From Dicyema japonicum (Eukaryota > Animalia > Dicyemida): DNA of 64,000 nt. A program made the translations under genes and the position numbers. The notes beneath the pieces were generated by a model, which worked only from the letters and a program-made list of their open reading frames with translations, had not been told where the DNA came from and made no database searches. Each line of letters opens with the position of its first letter. Position 1 is the stretch's first letter. The DNA is taken from NCBI GenBank assembly GCA_011109175.1, contig RDEW01000002.1:198299-262298 (forward strand). Reading direction: 5' to 3'. Below, in pieces: positions 38,300 to 51,979 of this stretch.

Positions 38300-38750
38300 A
38301 AATGAGGGTAAGTTAAATTCTGTCATTTGTGATGTTACATCTACCAGACAAATTCGAGAAGCATGGTTAAGAACTATCTATATGTCTTCCAAAGTGTTGG
38401 CTAAGGTACGGCTTTCATTTATTATATCAAAAAAAAGAAGAAAAAGCTACGGCGATGTTGAAATCGTTTCTACGTTTTCAATTGAGTCCGGAGACTTTTC
38501 TTTATGTGTATGCAGCTTGTATAGAACCATTTTTGATTTATGGCTTTCAGGATGGGTTGAAAGTGACGAGAGAAGTACTCTTGTAGAGCTTCTCGATAAA
38601 TCGGAAAGATATGCTATTAAACTGGCATATGGACTTTGTAAGAGTCTAAATTACCGCCTAGTGATTAGAGACGTGCAAGATCCATTGATGAAATATTGCA
38701 CCACTTAAAAAAATAATTCTTGTCGGATGTAAGGGGTCAATAATTTGAAG
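38300..38750 (+). mobile_element. LINE RT C-terminal remnant
   Basis: LYRTIFD..W and LLDKSERYAIKLAYGL resemble the post-RT region of I/Jockey elements. Confidence 0.45.
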
Positions 38751-38924
38751 AAGAGACATATGGTGTCTCGTTATACCAGACCCCATCAACCAAGACAAAA
38801 TCGTTGGTTTCTCCCTTTTTAATTAGTTTTTAATTAGTAACGAGTTTGTTATGTTAATAAAATTATCTATCTATCTACTGATAATCGAAATTCATGAAAT
38901 TTGTATTTAATAAAGATGTTCCAC

Positions 38925-39110
38925 GCTATTGTCATAGAATCAACTGGAGGTATAAGTGGGAAGTCACGGTTATTTCTCAAGATAGTGGGACGTCTGGCAC
39001 ACTCAGAAACCACAACTTCCGTGAAACCCAGTAAATCTTCCAGTTGAACATTATTGCTTTTATGAGAGACAACTTTTCATCAATTATGTCGGCGGGATTC
39101 AATAGTCAAA
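38925..39110 (+). mobile_element. CRE-type 3' remnant
   Basis: IVIESTGGISGKSRLFLKIVGRL, similar to 55265-55500. Confidence 0.6.
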
Positions 39111-40329
39111 AATATATTGATTAAGAAAAATTATTTTTTTAAAAATATACAAGGATATTTATTTTTAACTTAGCGCTCTAGTGGCTCTGGTGTGGTGGGT
39201 GACCTATGAATATACGTAAGAACTGCCGTTGCGACAACGATGAACCAGTTATACAGTCCATTCGTACTTGTTTGGCTCGAGGGAAGTCTCTTTTGGAGCA
39301 TGCCGTGATCACGTGATTAGTTAATTTGGTTTTACCGTGGTCTATTGAATTTTTTTCTTTTTACTCCATTTTTGAATTCAGTGAGAAAAATCTCTTTGGT
39401 GATGACAGGAACAAAATTTAATCAAAATATATTGATAACGACGTTATTCAAAAAGTACAATTAGTTTGTTAGTAATCTAATACACAATCCACATACTCAT
39501 TAAACTTATTATTCGTTGTATTAAATTTTTTTTTTTTTATAAATAATGTATTGATTAAACGTAGTTATGTGGCTTGTTCGCAGTAAGAATTTCGATTTGC
39601 ACGATTATGTTCGACATGTGACACCAATGTTGAATAATAAGTTACATTATTATATTCATTAAGACACGAATCTACAAATTGTGTGTAAAGTTGATTAACT
39701 CTGCTTAGTATATATTTGTATACATCTTCCCATAATGAATTTTCGTTTTCAAGTGAATGAACTATTATTTCGCATCTTACATCTAATTAAAAATATAAAT
39801 AAACTTACTTTGTAATTCTTCTTCTGCTTTACGTATTCGGCGGTTATTTAAAATTAAAGCGATCATTGATAAAAATAAATTTGAGCACTACTTTCCGAAA
39901 GTATTAGCTCTTTTAAATCAAACGCAATGTGCATGAATATTTGAAATTCATATAATTGCGGATCTCTTGTGCGAATTAATTTTAGCGCGCATAACTTGTT
40001 TAATATTCACATGAACGTTTAAAAATTAAAAAAATTATTTTTATTTAGTAAGTCAGAGACGTTTTGGGAAATATCTTGTTTTCGCCGAAGTGTTTTCTTA
40101 TGTTAGCTACTGTGTATTAGAATCGTGATGCTGAAAATTTATATAATTTTAATTTAATATAAATATTTTTAATTCATTGCTGACTGACCGTAGTTAGGTA
40201 ATCCTGACTGTTTTAGATGCACTTTTTGAATTCATGAAATTTGCTTTCGCATGCTTAAAAACCAATGATGTTGACGCACAAAAACACAAAATTAAGTAAA
40301 AATTTATTCATATACAGTTCATCTAAATA

Positions 40330-42340
40330 AGCGATTTAAGGCCGACGAAGGTGAAGTCAAAACAGGTAGGGATGAACATCTTGAACCGCTCTCCATAAAT
40401 CACATTACATAGTTCACTTTATCAGATTAATTCTAATGACATATCCGCAAGCGCATCTGGCAAATAGAGTGAATATCGCTCGTAATCCTGAAAGGGAATA
40501 GCCACGCAGTCAGGTCGGCTACCGTATGACTGTTGGATTGATTGTCGAAATTTGAATCGAAGAGGAAAATGCAGATTGGATTGAAATCAAAAAAGCATTT
40601 GACTCGGTTGACCACAACTTTTTAATGGAAGTCCTTGAAAATCCGGAATCCCCGAATGGATTATTAAAGTTGTGAGATCATTGGAGAGTGAAACTAATGT
40701 TAAATAATGAAAATATTCGTGATATTCAAATTGAAAATATAATTTTGCAGGGGGATAGACTATCCCCATGTTACTTTTCTTAGTGCTTGACCTACTAAGT
40801 CGTTTATTGATATAGTATCCAAAAGTCTCCAATATACATGATGATCAGTCTGTCTCGTCATTCTTAACTAATCAAAATTTATTTATTGACGATTTAAAAC
40901 TTATTTTGACTAGTGGAGATGATATTGTCAAGATGATAGAAGATGTTGATTTGTACTTCAGTGCTGTGGGGCTGAAAAAAAAATCTAGAAGAGTCCGCTA
41001 CAAATTTCGTTATCAGATGAAGCCAAGTTGTTAGAAGGAACGGATGGATAAATACCTCAGTGTATTGGAAGGCCCTTCCGACAAATTCGAAAGCCAGGAA
41101 TGTTAAAAATAATTTCTTCGCAAGTAAACCAGAAATTGAGAACTTGTGAATACCAACTAACGCTGTGAATTTGTTCAAGGCTATTAACGAGCATGTTCTG
41201 TGTTTATATAACTATTATATTGGACTCATAAATGTGGAACTGTGAATACGATTGATTGACTCAGCATCCGCACCATATTGATTAAAAATCGAGTCCATCT
41301 CAAACCTGCATGCAAGCAGAGGCTTTATTTAACAAGGAAACACCTTGGGAGAGGGCTACGCTCAATCTCTCTTCTAAGTGAGAAGATGTTATATGATTTT
41401 TTTAGATTTGAAACTCAGAAGTATTGTTTGCAGTAGAAGTGCGGCAATTTTTCCAGCCGAAATCTCAGAGAAAAACACATTAAGCATTAATTAAAAATTT
41501 CTATGGCACAAGTATTCTTTTTGCGAGACTTCTGAGTTGATATAAAATTCATATCAAACATGCAAAAAAAGGTTTAATGAATCAAATAAATTGAAATCTT
41601 CATTCGTTTTTATTAAAATTTGTTGGAATTATGCGAATATAGAGCATTCCTCTCATTGGCTTCTAAAAGAGAATAACTCCCAAGGTCAGAAGCCTTACTC
41701 TGCCTTATTCAGGATAGGAATCTGTTCTTCGAAGAGCAAAATGCAATATGCACCCATTGTAAAAATGGAAGAAGACCGTGGATCATTGTGCAACTAGGTG
41801 TGAAAAGACGTTGCATTGGGATTATGTAAGAAACATAACTAAGTCTTGAGGTGTCTACATTTCCACTTTGCAGAGAGTTTGGTCTCAAAAGCGAGAAGAA
41901 ACTGAAGAGTTATTCAGTGCAATTTATTATAATGAAAGACTCAGTTGAAATCAGAGTTGACACTTTGATCAAAACGGACATAATTATTGAGCATAACAAG
42001 CCAGACCTATTCTTTTTTGATAAAAGGAGAAACAAAATTACCTTAATCGAAGTGGGAATAACATCTTCCAAAATCTACAGCTGGTGGAATGGAAAAGCTG
42101 AGGAATTATGACTTTTTTTCAAAGAAGGAGTGATACACACGCAAAATCAAGATTGTCCCAATTGTACTCACTTGGGATGGCCTAGTGACTGTCACATTCG
42201 TGGAGATATGCCAGATCTGTGAATATAAGTGAAAGAACGTATGCGTATGTTCAACCGCTGGTAATCAAGAAGACTTTGTAGAGTATGATTGTATCATATT
42301 TGAACGAAATCGATGTTTCGCGGCGTTATAATAAACTTAT
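40330..42340 (+). mobile_element. R2/R4-like non-LTR retrotransposon (RT + REL), decayed
   Basis: IKKAFDSVDH, ILQGD.LSP, FIDDLKL, GRGL, EIRVDTLIKTDIIIEHNKPD, IEVGITS, IVLTWDG. Confidence 0.85.
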
Positions 42341-43659
42341 TGAAGTGGTAAAGAATATTTAATCTATTTATTAAAATAGAAACCTTTTAAATGAAAACCT
42401 CCCCAATATAACACTGTTGATTTCAAACTGAAAGCATTCAAATATTCAATTCAGGGGTAGTTATGCTTTAATTATTGAACTCTACCAGCATTTAAGGCAG
42501 AATTGTTACTCTTGAATGAAAATAATCAAAATAATAAAGATTTTTTGATTCAAAGTTTTATTTTGTTTTATATTAGTATTCAAAGGATATGAAATCGATG
42601 GATGGTAAAATTTTGAATGTAATCATGGGAGTTGTCTTCCTAGCAAGGACAAATTTTGGCATATTCTCAGAGTTAGAGATGATAAGGATACTCCCAATTC
42701 ACTGGATACAGCAAAATGTATTATTATTTAGCTGTTCTTCAAAGCATCAATGATCAGATTAATGATATTGATTTACTCACTTATGTTGATAGTATTCTGA
42801 CCAATTCATAATTTTATTACATTCATTTTGAATTTTATGGTTTATTTTCCAAATTTGTCCTCATAAAATCACAAATTTATCAGTCGAAAAACTAATGAAT
42901 CAGTAAAAAAATCGGATTATCATTTCACAATAAATATCCTAATCATAAATGTAGGACAAAAACCAGATGTTTCTGAGTCGAATCTTGATGCCGTCCATTC
43001 CGGTTGAAGGTTGGACATGATAGAGGAGAAGGAAGACCACACGGGATGAAGATCTTATTTGTAAAAGTACGCTCTCTCGTGATGATATAACTTTTGCTTT
43101 TATAAAAATATTCGTTAAAAAATCGAAAATACAAAAAAAAACGTAACAGTTTTTATTACCTAGAAAGGATGATTTGCGAGACCATCATTGTATGGAAAAG
43201 TACCAAAGTTATTGAGAAATTATAAGAAATTGTAGTCCCATTTAATAGTTAACATAGTTAATAAGCCAAAGAAGTGAACTGTTGCACATAAGAAAGTCTG
43301 ATGCACCAATGTCTAGATTCTAATTCCATTAGGCAAAAATTAAGGATCTTGGAGTTTTTCTTGAGGAGGATCAGAAATCGTTTGTATTAACCCTGTCGAC
43401 ATAATCGATTCGATGATGCCCTTGGTAATAATTATCAAGATTAACTGGTGGGCAACTATGTTTTTTGAACGTCATTAATTGTTTTGTGGTAACGTGTTTG
43501 TTGTGGTGTTTATACATTCTTTGAAACCTATCCCAAATATAAGAGCTGTTTATGGGGAAAGACCTGGCAACCTACCCTGTATTTAAATGCCAAAAAATCT
43601 TATGAGCAAACTCTCCTACGATCTAATTGGAAGCAACGTTACTGTAAACATCAAATCTC

Positions 43660-44045
43660 GAGTCTTCATCACACAAAATCTCACAAGTTCGCAACATGGA
43701 ACGTAAGAGGCTTAAGCGAAGGGAAACTAGAAGTCGCAAAAAAAGAAATGAGAAGGATTGATATTGACCTGCTTGGAGTAAGCGAACTTCACTGCATCGA
43801 CAGTGGTTTTTTTGCTCTGATGATTTCGTCATTCTGGTAACATTAATGCGAAGAGAAATGGAGTGGCCTTCATTGCTTCAAAGAAAATTGCACCTGCTAT
43901 TGAACGTCATAGAATATTTAATGATCGGATAATACTAATCCACGTTCGTGGATGACCAGTGAATATTAAGGTCAAGCAACTGTAATCCCCAACATTATTG
44001 CAAGGATGACGAAATTGACCAAATTTATTATGAATTTCAAATAAA
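43660..44045 (+). mobile_element. RTE-clade LINE 5' (APE endonuclease) remnant
   Basis: FATWNVRGL, IDLLGVSE, NGVAFI, NDRIILI. Confidence 0.8.
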
Positions 44046-44249
44046 TACTTGGCGACCTTTTTCGTTTTGATCACGTCTTTAAGAATCCTTTTAACCTCAT
44101 TAATTAAATCGATTCGAGGTCGATCTGGCGTTGACCCGGTTTTCAAAATTGACAACGTCTGCGTCGCTAAAAGAGACATTTTAGGATCCTCCGTCTGTAC
44201 ATCAATTTCGGCTGTCTTCCTAACTTTTGGAACGTTGCAGCATGTCTGA

Positions 44250-44880
44250 GGTTTTATTTTATTTCAATTCGACTTATCCTCCCATTCTCTGAAACTGCTT
44301 TCAACGGTTTTTTCGCTAATAATTTCTCATTCTTCAGTTTTGAGGGATTCTTTGATATCTGACTACTCCCATTAATTTTCCAAGTTCCTCGTAGAGCAAC
44401 AGTTAACAAATTTCTTCTTGTTATAGTCCTTGCAATCCATGCTAGCATGTGTGCCGAACAAAATAGACATTGCTTCTTCTTTTTACAAAAAAATGCAATG
44501 TGTCCAATGCCTTGGCATCGATACCAACGAACTTCCGGTTTTCTGTATTACTCGGCCTTTACATTTAAAAATCCGATCATTATCCCAAATCGTACAAGCG
44601 ATTAACCTTCTTCATGGAAAGACATTACCAATGTAATAATAGGCAATCTAAACCCACTTTTCTCAAACCGTTCGAGAGTCATTTTTCCATTTAGTTTCTC
44701 CATTAGGAAGATTTCGTGTTCCTCTAATTCGATCCAAATTGGGACATTGTTGAGAATGATTGCCACTGGTACGAATTTCCTTTTTTTGGAGAGAATGGCC
44801 TTTTCCAAAAGTATTTTCTTCTAACTCATTTTGAAAGCTTTCCACGTCTTTTTAAACTTTGATTCTACGAACTTTTACGT
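44250..44880 (-). mobile_element. LINE ORF1 (CCHC knuckles) remnant
   Basis: WYRCQGIGHIAFFCKKKKQCLFCSAH. Confidence 0.65.
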
Positions 44881-45604
44881 CATTCACCGCGTTTTAATCT
44901 CGATATAGACCCCCATGATTTGAAAGCATAAACCTCTTGAAGAACATCGACAGGGCAGTGAACACGCTTATATAGAAAATCGTGTTCATATCTCTCGACT
45001 ACACTGGTTAGTATATAAAAATGATAAGACTGTGATATGGGAATCAATCGCTTAACAAGGAAATGATTTTAATATATTTTAATTAGATTCGTTAATTTTA
45101 TTTTAGGTAACAAATCGACATTGATTGAAATGTAATAATATTTCAATCTAAGAATTTAAACTAATTCGTAAAATCGTTAAAATAGGAATCATACACAAGC
45201 AAAAAAGAACGAGATTTAAAAATATTTTAATGCCTTGGATATTGTACTGGATTAATAAGCATACTGTTCTTATCTTTGAATAAAGTGCGAGTTCTGCCTA
45301 AGCTAAGATTACACTACTACTTATTAGCCGCAGGGAGATGTATTCAACCAGTAAAACTGTTGACTAATTATTATGAAATCCATGAGTTTCAAAGCAATTA
45401 ATTAAAAAACCAATCACCTTTAAAGTTAAAATGATTGAATAAGATAATGGAATAATTTCAAAAATAAAAATTTTCAGGAATTGAAAATTAAGGTAATAAA
45501 ATTTTTTATTAAGATATTTAACTATTATAGATTAAAAAATTCAAACTTTGATATAAATACAAGAAATAAAATTTAAAAGAATTAATTAAATTCCTAAACA
45601 GTAA

Positions 45605-46555
45605 ATGGATCATTTAACTGGTTCCCAAATAATTGCATATCCTAGCTATCTTCATTTACTTAATGATCATTAACACTCAAAGTGAAGAAATAATTAAGAA
45701 AACAGTACAATTGAATGACAATGGTGTTCCTATGTGGGTCGAGTTAAACAATGGTTATGTTACCTCTATAATCAGTGGATTAATCACTTTAAATTATTCA
45801 TATAATAGAAAAGTAGAGAAAGGATTAATTTTAGATTATACATTTCTTAATTGATGAAGCAAATTTGTATGTTACTGAAAATCGAGGACACTTTGCATCA
45901 TTTTTGTCTAAAAAAGATGTCAATATAAGCTTTTCATTATAAACATTTCGAGATGAAGTTCTGATATATCAGTTTAAATGCTCAATTTTTACCGGGAGTA
46001 AATAATTGGTTTAATTTAGATTTTACCATAGTCCTAGAAAGTCGATTAAAATATCTCATAAAATTGGAGATTATTGTAAATGTAATGAGTTGATAATTTC
46101 CGAACACAAAAACTCATTAAAAATATTGAATTTGAGACTTCAATTTTTAAAAAATGACACAATCAAGAATTTTACTGGAAATGGTTTAATTCGTATTAAT
46201 AATAATAGCTACTGATTGCAATTGTGAGAGTGGTCTTTCAACTATGTCTATATATATTGGACACTCAAAAAAGACTGATCTTGTAATGAAGAATCATCAC
46301 AGAACTAAAAATATTATACATTCACTCCATTCACAAAATAAAAGAAATAAGATTCCCAAAAAAATTATTGAAATCCCAACTATAATTCCAAAAGTAAATA
46401 TTAAAATAATTGGATCTACTAGCAATGATTATAAACCATTAATTTATGGTCTTGTTATTTTTGGAGTTGTAGCAATTTCAGTGATAATTTATGTTAAAGT
46501 TAAAAATGCTGCCAAAAAACAGGATTTCTACTCAATCCCCTTAATAGAAATATAA
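45605..46555 (+). CDS. LAMP-like type I membrane glycoprotein, copy 2 (tail KQDFYSIPLIEI)
   Basis: Same four tiny introns as copy 1; TM LIYGLVIFGVVAISVIIYV; cytoplasmic Tyr motif. Confidence 0.7.
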
Positions 46556-46619
46556 TTACGATATTCTGTTTTTTGGGTTTAATTTGTTTTTTGGGTCTTC
46601 TGTTTTTGGTTTTTGGGTT

Positions 46620-47350
46620 TAATCAACACTACTCGAAGTCTACTTTTGTTTCGAGCTTAATTTTTCCAGAACAACTTTTGCTGGGAGACGATTGACGTAA
46701 TACGACATTATGCTGTCTACTATCTTAAGGCTATTAAAGGAGCGTAGCAATTCGGACGTTAAAAAACTTGTTGCAGAAGGACTCGGAACTATTTGTTATT
46801 TTATGTAAATAAAAAATATGGGGATGTCTGCAAGAACGAAAGATCTTGCAGGATGAATCTAGCTTTTAATATGGAAATATCTAGCTTGGGACTTGGCATG
46901 TGATGCTTTTTCTTCTTCAATTTAGAGCTAACACCTGAAATTCTCAAATAAATAAATAAAAAACCATTTGATAGTTAATCTTAAAGCATGTAATAATTTT
47001 AAATTCGCCGAGAACACAAATAAAAAGGGACAGCTGAGAATAAAGATGACTTATTGACTTATTCCATCATTCTCATAGACCCGAACAGCATGGGAGTAGT
47101 TTTTGCCGGATTTCCCAAGATCGCTCAAACAAGTTGAGGTGGAAAATTTTCAAAAATACGATCTCCTTGCAAAAGACCTATCGTTTTTTTATGACGACTA
47201 AGTAAAAATTATCCCATTGTATGACGCTGAAGGAATTGTTACAAAATGTTTCAAGAATTATATTGATAAGTTATCAGTAGAAGAGACAGTGAGGAAAAAC
47301 TCATTCATCTGTGCTTAAAAAATTCTTAAAAGTATAATCATCGAACAAGA
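46620..47350 (+). mobile_element. R2/R4-like remnant; uninterrupted paralog of the hAT target site
   Basis: VENFQKYDLLAKDL, VKIIP, GIVTKCFKNY. Aligns with 52740-52852 joined to 62506-63130. Confidence 0.8.
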
Positions 47351-48129
47351 ATATGATTAAAATTCCGACGCTAATTACTCGTTTTCGATATCATAGATCC
47401 AATGATCTTAGAAAAAAGTCGGTCTTGAGCCGAGGAATTATCTATTCTCTACAACAAAGAGCTGTACATAGATCTAGAAAAAATTTTCATATTTTGTTTT
47501 TTTGGAATTCTCGAATGTTTGAGCACCGTCCACAGCTTTCAATTGAGAGTTTAAATGTGTTGACTTGGAAAATGTGTCTAAAAGTCCCATTTAATAGTTA
47601 ATACAGTTAATAAGCAAAAAAGTGAACTGTTGTATGTAAGAAAGTCTGATGTACCAATGTCTAGATTCGAACTCCATCTGGCAAAAATTAAGGATCTTGG
47701 ATATGCTTTTTTTGAAGAAGATCAGAAATCGTGTTTATTATGTATGCCTGTCGACTTAATCGATTCGATGGTATCCTTCATGATAATTATCGAGATCAAC
47801 TGGTGAGAACCAGGTTTGTGAACGTATTTTTTGATTATAGACAGACGTCTTAAGCTTTTTTTAAAGGAAAAACTAACTTTCTATTTAAGACTCCAGTTGT
47901 CTCGAGAGAGATTGCACGTAGATAAACCGATTAGTAAACCTTTAGTTCCCTTTTTCTTAATGCATATGAAAATGCATAGAAAATAACGGAATTATTCAAA
48001 AATTGACAAGTGACGCCGACATTAGTGGTTTATCATTGTTGAACTGGATTCTTTTTCGGACTCATAACAACCGATAAGAAAAGAATAAAAGTTAGGAACA
48101 TTTTCAATGTCTTTGATTAATAACCATGA

Positions 48130-48310
48130 CCAGTTCGATTTCCAGCCGATCTCGTTAAAATGTCTGGCTTGATTGGCTCGAGCACGTCTGAGTTTAAAAG
48201 GTTATTCGGAAGGCTGGGGGCAGCACAATGAGTTAGTCTTGAATGACGCGATGGCTCTTCCTCATATTAGCCTCACGATCATGAGAGGTAGCCCTATTGG
48301 TTGATCAATG
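48130..48310 (+). mobile_element. CRE-type 3' remnant
   Basis: FQPIS..SGLIGSSTSEF, ISLTIMRG. Confidence 0.55.
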
Positions 48311-48349
48311 TCTGTAGGCAATAATGAAATCACGTCATTAATTCATTAA

Positions 48350-48636
48350 TTTATTAACCCCGGATAAACCGAGAAGGAAGTAAAATTAAACAATTTATTC
48401 CAGTACACTTCTACAGAACATAGTCCATCCGGAATCAGCAAAAAAGTAAAGAAGTCATTACTTGTAGTTTGGATACACTTCCAGTGGAATGGGAGAGAGC
48501 AAATGATCTTTGTTTGTGCCAGCTTGACACTGAGAGGACTTCGACAAGGAATATGACATGACGTCACTCTAATAGTAAGAGAAAGAGGAAAAGACAAAAA
48601 ACAGAAAACTTCAACAAATTAGCCACGTGGCACCAT
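48350..48636 (-). mobile_element. SINE-like family 2 copy
   Basis: Homologous to 20671-20940 and 52921-53225. Confidence 0.65.
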
Positions 48637-49689
48637 TTAAACGTGGCAATACTATCACTGTCATAACAACTATGACAAATTCAAGTCAATAAAACAAACA
48701 TAATTCACTTACTGAAATCAATGTAAAATTATTAAAATTAGAATAATTGCTAGTCTAAAATTGTAGATTAATCAAAATTTACGAAAATATTATATATTGT
48801 GCCGAACACTGCCAGCAACAGTAGCAAACAGACGGAACCCACATTCTTTATCAAACAATTATTCTGCCACTGGATATGGAACAATGACTGAAAAACGATT
48901 ACTGGACTAGTTTTATAAAATAAAAACGGCAACCAATTGCAATAAATTACAATCCAACTTTATTAACCAACATAAATTTATTCTTTTATTTAACACTTCC
49001 ATCCATCCAAAGTGGACCCACCGACATTACCGACATTGCGGTGCTCTCACGATTGCAACAGAGATCGACTGGAGAAGCCACCCGTTTCACGAGCTTTGAG
49101 GCTTTTTAGTGTAGCTAAGCGTCCAATTTTCATTAGGAAGCGAAGCGATTTTACTTATTCCTCCAGTTGTCTCGACCACAATCGGATAAACACGAATTGG
49201 TAGCGTAGTGCTACGTATTTCTTTTTATGCCTTCATCGTTTTTTCCGCAGCATACAGTGTGTCTACCGCGCTGCCGACAATGTTGAAAGGGTAAAGCGTG
49301 TCGCCAAAAGTAGAGTCCCTGACCAAAGGTTTCTCTTTTTCAAATGAAAAAAATTGTGATCCCGTCGAGACGTTTTCCGTCTTCTCTGTCTAGGCAATTA
49401 CAATTAAATATCATTCAATAAAAGTTCGATAAATAATAAAGCAGTAAATAATAATGGTGACCGGCTCTAAATGAAATTAGGCTGAGAACTAGGCGCAAAA
49501 TCGATTTAATCGTTAAAGCCTTTGAACTAATATCATGTAGACAACAATTCAATCGAGGCTGTATATCAACAAACCAAAACACGAGGCAAGCACGAACAGC
49601 CTTTCAATGGACGTCGTACGGAAAGCTATTCAAAACCAGAAATCGTCTTACGCAAGTGGTCCAGATCGAATTTCCTCCATTTTACTTAA

Positions 49690-50060
49690 CAAGATAGGCC
49701 CATACACCATCTTGGTCTTGACCTGAATTTTCAACCTCTCCATCAGTATGAACTAGATTCCAACTCTATAAAAAATATTACATCTTCGGCCCATCTTAAA
49801 ACCTAGACGTACGAGGGACTCACCAATTCATACAGACCAATATCCCTCCTCTGTGCCACCTCCAAAATCCACATGGATTTAAGAAGGTTCGTCCCAAAAC
49901 TACCCACCTTACTTGCTTGACAAAATTCATCAAAACGGCCTTCAACGCAAACCTCGGCATCAAAAAACCATTATGTGTTCCATTGAGATACAAAAAACTT
50001 TTGACTCAATTCCGAGGGAACTGCTCACTGAGAAAATTTATAGATCTAGCATTCCGAACG
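49690..50060 (+). mobile_element. Jockey-like LINE RT remnant
   Basis: IFNLS, SYRPISLLCATSKI, IEIQKTFDSI. Confidence 0.7.
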
Positions 50061-50099
50061 ACACGGAATATATATATGCCTCGAACACCAATGTCGCGT

Positions 50100-50668
50100 A
50101 GACCAATGTCGGACACCAATGTTTTGTGGAGGTCGATGCCAAAGGGCTACATCCGCTCTCATGCAAAAGGAGTGCGGGCAGAGCACCCCGCCATGCTGCA
50201 ATAAACAAAATTGGCATGCGTGCTCTTGAAGCTGCATGCTTCCCGGCATTAATGGAGCCCGTGAAATTGGACCGCGGAGACGGGATAAAATTGGATAGGT
50301 TAACTATCTTTCCGTAAACTGAGAGAAAATCGCTCGTATGGGACTGCACTCTTGTGGATTTTTTCTCGAACTAGATGACACTCAGATCGGCGCAGTCTGC
50401 TGGATCGGCAGCCGATCCGGCCGATAAAATCAAGAATAAAAAATATTACGAAATTGGGGACCGCTACCGTTTTGTACCGGTGGCAATCGAGACGTATGGA
50501 GCGGCCAAAAGTATAACAGCCTCTTTCCTGAAAAAATTCGGGGGGAGGTTGGCCCACTGCATGAAAGACGTTCGGGAAGCGGTCTGGCAGAAGCAACGGA
50601 TTGGGATCGCAGTTGTCCGCAGTAACGCTTACTCAGTAATGTCAGCAGCCGCTCTCTCCCATAGTTAA
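50100..50668 (+). mobile_element. CRE-type retrotransposon 3' part
   Basis: GLHPLSCKRSAGRAPRHAAIN, EPVKLDRGDG, WDCT, PVAIETYG, IGIAVVRSN. Confidence 0.85.
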
Positions 50669-50743
50669 TTAATAATATTTTATTGTTAATTAATTTATTT
50701 AATAATTATCGATTAAAAAATTAAAACTTTGATATAAATACAG

Positions 50744-50950
50744 GGATCGCTACCGATTTACTCCTGTTGCGTCCGAATCATCGGGAGCCGTTGGTCCAAT
50801 GACGGCTGAATTCTTGCAAGAACTCGGAGGATTGCTTGCCAGAAAGAAAAGGGATCAACGAGAAGGGTTATGGCTAAGACAAAAGATCGGAATAGCCATA
50901 CTCCGAGGGAACTCGTTCGCAATCCACGCAGCAGGCTTCCTCAACTGACA
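50744..50950 (+). mobile_element. Young 5'-truncated CRE copy upstream of LAMP-like copy 3
   Basis: Only about 5 substitutions against the reverse complement of ~29095-29305; absent from the paralogous positions of copies 1 and 2. Confidence 0.9.
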
Positions 50951-51039
50951 TTTGTTTAATTGTTAAAAAAAATTTTTGTTAATAAAAAAAATACAAGAAA
51001 ATAAAATTTAAAAAAATTAATTAGATACATATACAAAAA

Positions 51040-51979
51040 ATGGATCACTTAACTGGTTTCCCAATTATTGCATATCCTAGCTATCTTTATTTATTTAATG
51101 ATCTTTAACACTCAAAGTGAAGAAATTATTACGAAAACAGTACAATTGGATGACAATGGTGTTCCTATGTGGGTCGAGTTAAACAATGGTTATGTTACCT
51201 CTATAATCAGTGGATTAATCACTTTAAATTATTCATATAATAGAAAAGTAGAGAAAGGATTAATTTTAGATTATACATTTCTTAATTGATGAAGCAAATT
51301 TGTATGTTACTGAAAATCGAGGACACTTTGCATCATTTTTGTCTAAAAAAGATGTCAATATAAGCTTTCATTATAAACACACTCGAGATGAAGTTCAGAT
51401 ATATCAGTTTAAATGCTCAATATTTGCCGGGAGTAAATAATTGAGTTTAATTTAGATTTTACCATATTCCTAGGAAAGTCGATTAAAATATCTCATAAAA
51501 TTGGGGATTATTGTAAATGTAATGAGTTAATAATTTCCGAACACAATAGCTCATTAAAAATATTGAATTTGAGACTTCAATTTTTAAAAAATGACACAAT
51601 CAAGAATTTTACTGGTGAAAGTTTAATTCGTATTAAAAATAATAGCTACTGATTGCAATTGTAAGAGTGGTTTTTCAACTATGTCTAAATTTATTAGACA
51701 CTTAAAAAGACTGATCTTGTAATGAAGAAACATCATAAAACTAAAAATATTATACATTCATTCCATTCTCAAATTAAAAGAAATAAGATTTCCAAAAAAA
51801 ATATTGCAATCCCAACTATAATTCTAAAAGTCAATAATACAAAAACTGGATCTACCAGCAATGATTATAAACCATTAATTTATGGTCTTGTTATTTTTGG
51901 AGTTGTAACAATTTCAGTGATAATTTATGTCAAAGTTAAATATGCTGCTAAAAAACAAGATTTCTACTCAATCCCTTAG
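51040..51979 (+). CDS. LAMP-like type I membrane glycoprotein, copy 3 (tail KQDFYSIP*)
   Basis: Same exon structure; tandem duplication of AGATTTCTACTCAATCCC(C)TTA at the stop. Confidence 0.7.

Noticed and set aside
39170-39310. GC-richer island as a structured RNA
   Set aside because: No recognisable snRNA, SRP or tRNA motifs; an Infernal/Rfam search is needed.
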